Source: Phoronis australis
Lineage: Eukaryota; Animalia; Phoronida
DNA: 64,000 nt
Assembly: GCA_002633005.1 (NCBI GenBank)
Contig: NMRA01000684.1
Span: 1 to 64,000 of the forward strand
Direction: 5' to 3'
The position numbers and the translations under genes are program-made. Under the pieces are notes generated by a model that had not been told where the DNA came from, did not search any database, and was given only the letters and a program-made list of their open reading frames with translations. Shown here one piece after another: positions 38,495-50,400 of this stretch (position 1 is the first letter of the stretch; the number at the start of each line of letters is the position of its first letter).

Positions 38495-39300
38495 TCATTG
38501 TGTGAAATAATGCTGTACTAAGGTATCCCTCTTGAGCCTCCCCGCAACAGACTCTTATCTGTCATGGCTCTGGGGTGTCTCTTCTGTGGTGCCTGGTGGA
38601 ATCTCTGGGCCGTCCACTTCTTTCTCTTCACAAGGTCTCCCATAGTGTATGGCCATGTTGTGCAATATGAAGCAGACGATTGTAATTTTACGCGCTGTGC
38701 CAGAGTGGTGTCTGAGCTCGTGGAGGCAACTAAATCTCCGTTACATAGTTCTATGGTTGATCTTGTTTAACAAAGATCATTACTGTCTTGGCTTTGGGTG
38801 ACCACGTTTACAAATAGTGTAAGAAGCCATTCCCTAAGGGGCTATGTGGACTCTTCTAAGATGACGCCATTGAAAGGCAACGGGCGCCTCTCGAATCCTT
38901 CCCAGACTGCCGATTCTCTCAGAATTCTAGCATTGTGAACGCTTCCTGGATACTTCGCTTCAACGTTCATTATTTTCAAAGAAGTGTCGCAAATTAATTG
39001 AACATTGGTGTCATCGTAATTTTTTTCCGATTCACGTACTCATGCTCATTAACGTCAGGATTTGTACGCCCAAGTGTTCCGTCAATGCACCCGACCACAT
39101 TGGGGAAGCACGTTGTTTCGAAAAACGCTTGTTATTTTGAACCAAAACATGGTCACCAGATTTGAGCCACGGCGAGTTGATCTGTACCAATGCATCTGCA
39201 TACCGTTGACTTGTGTGTATTAACATTGTTGCCATTCACGATTTGGTGGCTACCAGTTGCGTAGAACCTGAGGGCGAGTAATACCTTCTATGTTTTTTCA
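38495..39300 (-). pseudogene. Degraded PIF/Harbinger (HARBI1-like, DDE_Tnp_4) transposase
   Basis: Frameshifted minus-strand peptides: LLALRFYATGSHQ...HKSTVCRCI; FPNVVGCIDGT; EYVNRK..NVQLICD...AKYPGSVHNARILRESA...GVILEEST*PLREWLLT; RRFSCLHELR...KITIVCFILHNMA; GRLKRDTLVQHYFTQ*. Confidence 0.88.
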
Positions 39301-39698
39301 AGAAATCTGCAAGCTATTGCTTGTGTGATACAATGTTAAGTACGAACCCAGCTAAATCTGTTCGAAAACAAATTGATGATGTAGTGTATTTATTTGGAAT
39401 CAGATCGATGCCCAGACTGTCATGAAACATTATCAAAAGGCTTTCAGCCAGTTTTCGTGGCCTATTTTTAAATTTTTTTTTGATATCTTTTTGAAGACTA
39501 ATAAGGCATTTCAGGCAACTTGAAGGACAATCTTAGTTGTAATATCTATTACATGACGTAAAGACAAAGCATTCATTTTTGTAAAAACTAAAAATACGCC
39601 AACTGTTCATTGGCATGGAAGCCTATATTCTAACCGTTATTCGAAATACATGTGTAAAAATTGTTTAGTGTCCGCTTATCTTTGGTCTAATCCAAATT

Positions 39699-40345
39699 TC
39701 ACCGAGATGAGGTGAAAAAAAACGGGCGAGACCACACATTCAAAAATGCCTTTTCGATGTCACTTTTGAGTGCCACTGTCTTCGTACGGAAACGTATTAG
39801 GATTGAAACAAGGTCATTCAGTAGCGGTGTACCTGTTTTGCAGACAGTCGTTGAGGCTAGGATTGTGTTGAGTGAAACAGCGGCAGTCATAAACCACTTT
39901 GGTGTTGTCTTGCTGTCTTTCTTTACGAGGTGGTGAAGGATGTATGACCAATGTTCCGGTCATCGTCCGCAAGAGGTTCTATGAAATCTCTCTTCAGTTG
40001 GTCGTTGATGACATCATTGTAGATTGTCAGCGTTTTCTGGTCAAGACGTTTAATCATCGATCGCGCATTCGTCTTTCGGTGGAACCTCCTGTCCCAAATC
40101 TCTTGTTCTACTTCATCTAGGTTGGGCTGCATTTCTTCTGCATACGTAGCTAGCTGGTCAGGGTCGATGTATCGCGCATAACCGTTGAACAGTTCCGTTA
40201 CTGTTTTGATCTTTCCGTCTGGATCATCGATGTGTTCCACAAGTCGTTGTGTCGTGTCCGGTGTGTCCTCGTCTTCTTCCATAAGTTTCTGAGAGGCTTT
40301 CACAATCTGTGTGATATGCCCTTTTATTGGTGTCCTGAAGAAGTT
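39699..40345 (-). mobile_element. Internally deleted BEL/Pao LTR retrotransposon fragment (gag N-terminus fused to RT N-terminus)
   Basis: RSMIKRL..KTLTIYNDVINDQLKRDFIE and TGTPLLNDLVSILIRFRTKTVALKSDIEKAFLNV are BEL/Pao RT-proximal motifs. The upstream RTPIKGHITQIV coiled segment resembles the start of BEL gag. Confidence 0.8.
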
Positions 40346-41019
40346 CATTCTGGCATCAAACCTATTCGCTGGTCCAACAAAATGGAATGCAAAGTGCTGG
40401 TCGAAATGGTACATGTCAATGAATTTCACAGAACTAAAAGACGTCGTTCAGTCACATGAGACTTGAAGTTCGTAGTCTATTATCAACTAAATGTATTGAT
40501 CTTGAATTTTCAAAAACCCACAGCTAACTTTACGATCTATTCAAATTACGTTGGTAGTAAAACCATTCCTAAGTTAGGTTACTTGGTAGAAAATTATACT
40601 AACGAAGAACGCATGAAATATCTGCACTGGATCGTATCGTCAAAAATCAGTTGAAAAGTTTCTCCCAGCAACTAAATATATCATTGCGTCATATTAGAGT
40701 TGGTTAGTAACTAGAAAGTGAATGCAATGCAATGCAATACAATACCATTAAACGGAATTGCTCTAAAAGCAACAAAACCTGTACACCGTGCAACAACAAA
40801 TAACAATTGCAATTATCTCAATTCCCTTGCATTTACATGCTAACATAGTTGCGTTGTTGGTGGTAATTCTTTTGCTTACTAAATAGTTGTTTTTTTTTCA
40901 AATGTCACCTTTCAACCAACATGTTCATGTGCTGATCTTGAATTCTCAAAAAAACACTGCTAAATGTATGATGTGTTCAAATTACGTTGGTGTGGAAAAT
41001 CTAATCAGGTTTTTAGAAA

Positions 41020-41720
41020 GACGTTGCTAAACCGGAAGGATTACGAGTTCGATTCGGAAGTCATGTGACTGGTAGGTTAGATCGTGGCACCGTCCACCAC
41101 CGGGATGTTCTAAGAAGACGTTGAATACGTTGTGTTTGCAGAGTTCAACTGGTCCGAGGGTGGAAACAAGATAGGCATTATGTTGCGTACTGAATAGGAA
41201 CAAAAGGTTGATTCCCTTAATTTGCGTGCGCCACCTGTCGTCGTAGTAGTATCCCTTTTGTTCTTTCGTATCTCTCTATAACAGATGTGGCGTATAACCC
41301 GTGAAAGGTCCTAATAAGGAGATATTGTAACCACCTAGCTAAAAACAGATGTTGCGTATAACCAGTTAAAGCTAAATAAGCATACATTGAGACGACCTAA
41401 AATAGACCATAAACTTAGTATTGTATTAGTAACAAAGAGCATTCAAATGCACACCATCGGTCCTCGTGTTTCCCGTTTCCGTCGGGTATCGTTGTCCACG
41501 TGCTGTTGTTATGTGCAAGGTATGGTGGAAATGAAATGGGTGCCCTGTGGTGTGGTCAATCATGTGTGTTACGTAAACAGTCAAGTTGGTAATGAGTTCA
41601 AGGATCCACCTCGACCTGGGTCATCATCTCACCAATTCAAGTATGTTCAGGTCACCCAGAACGGTAAAAACAGCGTTCGGATCTCCTTCTTGCCTCACTA
41701 CAGTGCGCTCGTCCATGAAC
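41020..41720 (-). mobile_element. Possible highly degraded LINE (endonuclease/RT linker) remnant
   Basis: Scattered minus-strand peptides PNAVFTVLGDLN (GDxN of AP endonuclease) and HDFRIELVI; weak. Confidence 0.3.
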
Positions 41721-41851
41721 GCGTCGTTATCCAAACTCTAGTGAAGATACCGGAGTTGATTGTCTTCCTGGTTTCTGAGAATAAAACCGTAGGAGAAATT
41801 CACTTAAAAGACTACATCTTTCCCCATAAGTCACTATCGAAATTTATACGC

Positions 41852-42860
41852 TCAACGAGCAGCCTCCTCTTTTGTGCAGAACGCAAAGTCACAATGTGAC
41901 GGCCTAAACACTTCCATGGTTCCTTGAATCTGTGTGTGCCAGCGGTGATTTCTATTTAAGTGAACCGACCCATCTGGACATTTAATTAATGATGGGTGTT
42001 TCACCGACGCTTTATTGATGTTCGTGTCCCAGGTCGAACTTGGATTTTTCAACTCTATACAAATCGTGCCACTGTCAAACCCAAGATCATCCGGTGAAGC
42101 ACCCAAAGATGGGTGGGCGGGGCAGTTCCAAAATCCTGTACTTTGCACAGTATAAGGACTACCAAGTGACCTCATGCGGTCAACATACCTCTCCAGTCCT
42201 TGTTTCTCTGCAGCCAGTCCAAACTGCATTGCTGCGGTTTTAGCTGGAGCAGAGTAACTTAGCAGTTTTTTTAACAAACGAGGCGGATCATTGGTTGCCC
42301 GACGATTGACAGCTGCATGAAAATTCGATGCAGCTATTCTGCAGGAACGCAGTTGTTGCCAAAGCTTGCACGCTGACTGCTTTCTAGTGTTTAACTGTAC
42401 ATAGGCAATGTCCTCTGCTGATGAGTATAGTTTGTTCATGAAGTGTTCTCCGGCACATCTGATGTTATTGAGACTCGGCGGCAGCTGCTCCAGATACGGA
42501 TACTGACGGCAAGTGAGAGGCTCCTCAATAACATATTGGGGGGTTTTCCATACTTGGCAAACCCGCAAGTCGGTAAAGCCTTTTTCATCATTTCAAACAG
42601 ATGACGATCAGCTATATAACCGTCACATAGTTGTTCAATTTGTTTAACGTGTCTCCATAGCTTCTGTCCATGGTGTATAGCAAGAGGTGTCTACACGTAA
42701 CAATAAGATGGAGGTTCACAAATGAGTCGGTCACGTGTTTATACGTACTGCCCATGGCCTCTGGACAGTTGCATGAAATCCAATCGTCTCTTTGCTGCTC
42801 CTCTTCTATTGTTTTAATCACTTTCGCCATGTCCTCTTCTAGTGTCAAAAAGAACAAGGC
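41852..42860 (-). pseudogene. SWIM zinc finger + YqaJ/lambda-exonuclease-like (PD-(D/E)xK) ORF remnant, probably transposon-derived
   Basis: LWQQLRSCRIAASNFH, AMQFGLAAEK, GFWNCPAHPSLGASPDD, IELKNP, HTQIQGTM...CDF (41852-42568). Upstream CNCPEAMGSTYKHV is a degenerate SWIM (CxC...C->Y xH). The reading frame is broken. Confidence 0.8.
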
Positions 42861-44200
42861 GTCCTACTCGTCGTAGTTGCAATAATTTTCACACCCCTCG
42901 GTTAAGTCTTAATCGTCATATTCATTTGTGTATTCCAGTAGATTGACAAAACCCTCTATTAATGCGTCGTAGGCCAGGTGCAGGCCTAGTGACAAGAGTG
43001 TCGCGAAATCAACTGCGCGGTTCGCCAGTGCGTGGGCTGTGATCCTGTGATCACTTCCTTTTACGTATGCGCTATATCCAGGTTTTCATTCACTCCCTTG
43101 CATACACTCACTAGTAAGACCGAGCTCAGAGGAGTGGGAGACACCTTTGTGGCATGCTCGAGTGCCTCCCAGTTAAGCCAGGGTCTTTGAAAGGAGAGCC
43201 CGGAGCTCAAATCACTCCGCCACGTTGTCTCCTCCCAAGACATCTGTTCGAAACAATGTTCGGAACTCAACTGCTTTTCTTGAACGCAGTGAGGTGTATG
43301 TATAGAAGTGTATGGAGATTCTCTCGCATATTTGACTCTGGGTGATCTTTCGTATAGACTATTTAGCATGTATTACTGAAGGAAGATCTGCATCTCATAG
43401 TATTTTTGCCCACATCCGGGGTCCGTTTTGTGAAAGTGACTTAAGACTTAAAGAGGAAATTTGGTCTTACGATCCAACTTCACAATTGCTGAATAAAGAT
43501 TTTAGTCAAGTAATTATGAGTGCATCACAGTCTAGAAATAAGTTTTATATATTATCTCGGTGTGTAGCTGTTATGTGTATGTAGTCGTAGACTTTGCTCT
43601 TAGTTGCTCAAGTGATATTGGATTATTATTCAGAAATAGTAGTGTGGAGCGTTAGACCACATGTCTGTCTTAAATCACTTTTCATGCAACATACCCCAGT
43701 GCGACAGTGTACTGTTATCGTATATTATTATTGGCTGTGTTATGTATGTAGATGAACAATAAACTATTAATTGAGATTCTGTGTCCATCTTGACTTTTGT
43801 TGCTAAAGTATACAACTGACCAAGCGTGATTTTCTGTACATACGGAAGTGCCATATGGTTTATCAATATAATTGCGTCGATGCTACAATTCTACAGTGTG
43901 ATCTCAACCAGCAACGCTGGCTCGTACGCTTAGGACTAAGATCACATTTCGAGTGGCTGATTTTAATGTTATCATTGGTCTGGGTCAATGAAAGCCCTTG
44001 TTTGCACTCAGTCTCAAGGCAGAAAAAATGAGATGCCAAAACAGTGTGATTTTGGCCATTTTTACCTAAAATAACAAAGCCACGACTGTCGCAGGTGCAA
44101 GACAGGAGACCATAATCCGAATGCTCTTTCAATCTAGATTTCGGAATTCGGGTTAACCAACCAGATTTTTGACAATTTCCACTTGTCTGAAGAGTACCTG

Positions 44201-44338
44201 GGTAGAGTTCAGTAACGCTAGGACCTCGCTAAAATCTAGCCAAAATCACGTATTCTCATTTAAAATGCACGACAATATCTCACGTAATCTCGCGAAGTCT
44301 TGGTTTCAAGCGAGGTCTTAGTGTTGCTGAATACTTCC
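44201..44338. mobile_element. MITE copy of the GGTAGAGTTCAGTA family
   Basis: ctg|ggtagagttcagtaacgctaggacc...aaaatctagccaaaatcacg...tgctgaatacttcc|cag, homologous to 10079-10228. Confidence 0.7.
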
Positions 44339-45704
44339 CAGGATTCGCGCCACGAATTCAACACTCAACAAGGATGTGCTCTGAAAATGGCGGCACTTCC
44401 ATATACGAGCAGACAAGAGCAGAGGCCAAGTTTCTGGACTTAATTTACTCAAAACAACTGAGGAACTACTGAATACCATTCGTGGTAATCACTTCCCATT
44501 TAGTCCACACACTCCATTTTATCATTTTCGGGGTCCTACAAAGGCCTGAACCGTGGTCTTAGACCTTTCCATCAGGGCTAAGTTGCTGGACTTTTTAAGG
44601 GAAGGCAGAGTTTTTAGTGTCATTCTTGGTTCATGTAAGATTTTCAGGATATCTTTGGCCATTTTTCAAGATTATTAAATTCCCCGGATTTTAATTAATT
44701 ATGCTTGGGGGAATTACAGTTGCTCCCCTAATAATTCGCAGCCAGTAGGCCCCTACATGCACTTCAGACTTCTTAAAATCGCATGCGTCATCATGTACTC
44801 CAACTTGTAACAAGCTACTAGTAGGCCGTTATTTGCATTTTTCTGAGCGCAATTCGTTATACCTGGATTTTGTTGCGCATCGGGGTAGATTTCAATAACT
44901 CTCGCGGCGAGAAAATCTTGCCAAAATCACGTGGTCTCATTGAAAATACACGGCGGAATCTCGTGAGATCTTGCTTTTCTGCCGACACACTGGTGTTACT
45001 GAACGCAATTTCGGTATTATTGTCGCTCACAACTACTCGGAGCGCGTTTAGTAGGACTGTAAGGGGCACAAGAGTCCTGCAGATTAATAGTTGGGTGTAG
45101 GATGAAAAAGTGCAGGGAGTACGCAGATTTTTTCTAAGTTAGTGCTAAACTGTTGACCAATTTTTATCAACGGTTACGATGTATTATTTCGCCATAGCAA
45201 CCAGTTTTATATATTTTTTGGAATATGACAATCCAATTTGTCTGGTATCAGCCGTACCCTCTTAATTTTCATCGAAATGTGCCTCGCCCTTTTAATTGAA
45301 ATCGACGGTCAAACAGTATCTTGATAAAAACTGACACGGCCAACAGTGATGCTACAGTACTTGAAAAATTACCTGCTGCCCGCGTATGCTCCTGGTCAAT
45401 AGAGTGTCACCGCAGTTAAATTTGTGTGAAATCTGGTGCTGTCGCCTCCCGACCATAGACTACATCTCTGTCAAACCATTTAACAGGCAACGGACAAACC
45501 ATCTTGTCAAAAACTTCAATAACTAACAAAGGGTGTTTCAATTCAAGTCGGAATATATCCGAAAATCGTTTGCAGTGACCCTTTATATCATAGGTATAGT
45601 GGCACCACCATACATCTTTGTGCAAAGGTTCATCAAAGTCTGACTAGCAGTTTTGCCAATAATCGATATGGACAAGAAGCCAGAATCCTACCTAAAATAT
45701 ATAG

Positions 45705-45723
45705 TTGCCTGCAGAGGGCGCTG
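45705..45723 (+). promoter_or_regulatory. Candidate CTCF-binding motif
   Basis: TTGCCTGCAGAGGGCGCTG closely matches the CTCF core consensus (CCxSxAGRKGGCR); motif match only. Confidence 0.35.
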
Positions 45724-47438
45724 CTGCAGTTAAATTTGGAGATAATTGGCTCGTGCTAGAGCATCCCCACCATACATCTCTATGTCAAGTTGTGTCAAAA
45801 TTTGTTACGTTGGTTTGACAGTAACTTAAGGACAAACGATATTTTATCAGAAAATGAAACGGCAACAGGGGTTGCCACGGCAACTGAATCCGCCCGGAAA
45901 TTGACTGATGCAGGCGCATACAAGCTGGCCGTAAATTTTTGTGTCTAATTATACAAAAATCTGTCGCGCTATTACGACAATATTCTATGGGCAATGAAAG
46001 TCCAGAGGAAAACTAATTAAAAAATAACCTCTTCAAGATTCCTTGAGTGTTAGTCATGTGTGGTGACGGTTTTTGTTGAGTGTTTTATCACGTAAGCGGG
46101 CCCCTCCGCTCTCGTAACAAGGTTTTCACTTTTGTGTTAAAGGTTCTGTAGCGCGTGGCAGCCCCAGTGTTTGATTACTGACTCCAGTGATAAGATTGGC
46201 TGGAATATTAAAATGGGAAAATATTTTATTGTCTAGACAATGCGTTTACGAACTCGATTCAAGAGCGTCTGTTTTCGTCGGAGAATAGAAGACTTTGCGT
46301 ATCTTCAAATTAAGCAACACTGCAACATCGACACCTGTTCCCGGCACCAAATATCGAGAACTTTCCCCCAAATGCTTTATTCGAAACTCGTTCAAACATA
46401 CAACACAGTCAATACTAACGGATGACTTGGTAAATTGAAGTTTGTGTACTACTCTACACACTGTCATAAAAGAACTTATAAAACTGGCCACCGGCCTCTT
46501 GAAAAACTAAACAAATAAAACAATAAGAACGCGACGTAACTGCAAAAGTGGACTGACGCGCAAGAAGTATGACGGTGTGGGGACCAGAACCTATTTACAG
46601 TTTTAGCAACGTGGTTGCAGTTTGCGTGCGTGTCCGACGTTTCAACAAGCATACTTGAGAACGCCATTCACCAGAGGCTGCTCGTGTTCTGAGTCAAACG
46701 GTTTTTGAATCGCATTCATTATTTCTTACTGACTGTCCCGTTGACCCAGGTATACGAGTAGCCTGCTGCACAGTAGTCATGTCATAGTTGAACGCAAAAC
46801 TTTTCTTGGATTGCACATTGAGTCTGAAAATCCAACAGTACCTAAGCAATAATAATTCAATACAATTCAATTCAATTAAGATTCAAAACTTTCAAATAAA
46901 TCTAACCATACTGTTTGAACTTCTGGATACAGATAGTCGGTAGAGAGCTTTAACGTCACAAGTTCAATAAATTGTTTGGTGTAACCATGATCGGGACGCA
47001 CCAAATTGCAATACGAAATAATTAAATAACATCAAATGTCAATAATTTTCCACTTTTATCCTTTTCTCTTGCCCCTAATAAGCAGACGACAATCTCGTGT
47101 AGGTATATGGCGACTACAGTTCTCACTCGGCCTTTTTCATGATCTGCGGTTCACGTCCGACTTGGAACATCGGATCGCATACAAAATATTTCTGAAGTCA
47201 AGTATAAAACTACTTAAAAGGTATGCAGCTCTAAAACCTACACAAAACCCCTACATGCGCATATAGGCATAGATCTCGAGTTTTACATTCCTCCAATCGA
47301 CAATCTATCCGTATGAAAGAACAACCTAGGATATTAGGTTCATCGTTCAAATACGAAGTGACATACAGTACAAAACATGGACACGTCGAGTGTTTTTTTT
47401 TTTTATAAGTTTCGTTTTCAACATTTCCAACACATCTT

Positions 47439-50400
47439 TTATCTTTGACTTTTGTTACGATTTAGCGACTCCTTGAGGAAGTCGCCGCAGTTAGGACACC
47501 TTGAGTAGTTCTTGTTTTCTTTCTTTGGTATATGCCAACAGTGATTACATCTCACACGATACTTCTTGTACCTGCAAGAGAAATACATGCAAGACAATAT
47601 TACCATCTTAGCAGTGTAAGACAAGACGTCTTTTTGAAAACCATGTCGTTGGAAGAGTCAAAGTGAAGGACTATATTTTCGCGGCAGAGTAGTGTCAGTA
47701 TTTTTTCATTCAGGAACTCAAGAGATTCACAAGCTTATGATTTTGCATTAAAGAGTATACCTATTGAGCTTTAATACCCTCAAGACAGAGAGAGCCCCTT
47801 GTTGACGTTTTCTGACCAAGTTATGAAAAGGAGGGTTATACTGCTGCAATCCTTTATTTTTGTCAAGTTCAGGGCTTGTGACATTGATCGATTTGAGTCA
47901 AAGCCACTAAATCCTGCTCATTTCACTTTATCGTAGGATGAAGAGAACAATTATTAGCTTTAAAGACTTTCATGCAAGAGTTTCAAGAATGTACGGGTAA
48001 CACTGGTAACGCGACCGTTCACTTAACACCCGTTTTCTTTCTTACTCACTACTTGTGTCCTTTTCTCAAGATATGAATAGCAGTAAAGCTCTCGTACAAG
48101 TTTGCGGCAAGTACTGTAGACTGTGCCGCCGACTCTACTCAGCAGTAGAGACGGGGGCTCTCACAGAGCCTTTTGATACGCCGGAAGCTTTTCGGCGAAT
48201 CGTTCTGTAAGCTGTTTAAACCGCCGTCGATGTCTCTAATACAGTACCTTACAACTCCTAGAAATATTCTTGTAATTAAACTTTTTTTCGAGCCGTACTT
48301 CGTTCAGTTGCCTACTGAAATTGGCAGCTGGCCATTTTTACACTGGTCGCGCCAGGGGTTATGACGTTATCCCCTGCGGAGAGATCGTGACGGCCTCCTA
48401 AGGTGTGCGCAAAAGGTACGTGACGAGTTGATGGTTTAACCAGTGCGAGGCACAATTCGCCGAAAAGCTTCCGGCGTATGTAGGCTCTGTGGGAGTACCG
48501 CCGTCTCTACTGCTAAGTAGAGACGGTGGCACTGTCTATCATGCAAGTTACTTCATTGCACAATGTTCATATTGTATTGATGCTTTCATTTATATATTCT
48601 AATGGGTCCTCTTTAGGATAACAGAACTGCGAAGCTTTCATTCCATCCACTAACCATACCTTATTCCGCAGGCGTTGCATAAAGGCGTGCCATCCTCAGC
48701 ATCACGCCACAGCGGTGTCTTGCGCGTTTTGCACGACGCACATTGCTTCCCTGCAAAGAGTAAAAAATGAGGTTTACAAAATGACACCCGATCGTAACTA
48801 CGCCCACTATAACTGGGCAAATGACAATCCACTTCATGCTAGCTCAATCACAGCTTACAGTTGCAAGGCACCTAGATTTCCCTATCTTGCAACTGGGTGA
48901 TATTACAGTCTGTTGTGAGAGATCTTTTATTTGTATTTTGGTTTTACGGTATTCAAAGAATTTATTTTTTAATGAAGCAACAATAAAAAATAGTCTCGGT
49001 CCATGAGTTTGTCCATGTGCGGAAATAGTGACACCGCGAGCACAGAATACTATGTGGAGACAGGGCCGGTCCGTCCTCGGACAAAGATATTTTTCCGCGA
49101 GTGGGCAATATGCGTCCGCGAGAGGGGAATAGGGTGTGTGAGAGAAGTTTGTGCGCGTGCAGGCTTGAACCGCGTGCAGGCCATGGGCGGCGCAGCACTG
49201 AAAAAAGTGGGGGGCTAAAGCCCCCCTCAGCCCACCTGTGGTGCACCGTCTATAGACCACGTGCGGGGTAGAACTGAAAAAGTGGGGGGCTATAACCCCC
49301 CCAGCCCCCTATGGTGCGCCGCCCAGTGCAGGCAGGGAATTCCAGGGGCCTTGAGTTGGTGGGATATCACGTGCAGTCGCAGTCTTTTGATCCGCAAAAA
49401 TGGTCCACGCAAAATACTAGAATACATTCAAGAATCAAGAAAACAACATCATGGCGACTAGTTAATTTAAGTTATACTGAATAAAGGCCTACGAGTAGAC
49501 AAATCGCCGTATTTGAGAAAATAGTAAGAATGATGCGTGCATTCTTTTTATTTCCTTTGATTGTACCATCCAAACCAATAAGCGTTGCGACTAAAAGCAA
49601 GGGAACATTTTTGTGCAGCGTGTTCCCCTTGTATAAGTTTTAAATGACGATGCTTAGAAATGGACCGCATTGGCTAACAATAAAGAGAAACATATTACCG
49701 TGACTGTATCCTATTTTTCTGTAGCACAATCTGCTTGAACATTCTGTTGTCGCTTGGCTCAGGTATTTGCATGGCATTGGCTTACCCAACCAGTCGTCCA
49801 AGCTAGGTGTACAAAATGGTGAAATTATACACCGTATCTCACTTGTAAATTCGAAAACCTGTATACGTGAACGTTACACCTTGACGTTTTCTAGAATAGA
49901 CATTCGACAGTTTTGGGTATAATTTGGCAACTAAAGGGAAATTTCAAATTCAAGCCACTGCCTTAAATTATATATCAGTAAGTTGGCCATTTAAAAGGAT
50001 ACCAAGCCCTGTTTTGGTCTGGTAACAGATATTGAACACGACTTTCCCATCCAGTTCTCTGAAACAAAATGGTGCTCTGTAGCTCTGTCACAAGTTTGGA
50101 GCCAAATTTGAAGACGCCTTTCAAAGTCTGCTATACGGACAGGCGTGACCTATACTAGTTACGCTTTAGGAGAGTCGTTTACACGACAAGTGTGGGAAAA
50201 AACTACCTATCAAGAATCATAGTATCCAATCTGTGACATAGGGACTGAGAGCTAGATTTTAGTTCAATCCTGATTTAATCACTCAAGTGGGACGCCAATG
50301 ATGCATTAGCATAATAAAATGGCAGAACGGGTATTGATTGAAATCACCAACATGGAACAGTGTTTGGTGTCCTTTTAATCACACAAATGGATTTACATGA

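Noticed and set aside
43058-43210. Possible SINE 3' part
   Set aside because: Only a vague resemblance; no A/B boxes, TSD or second copy found.
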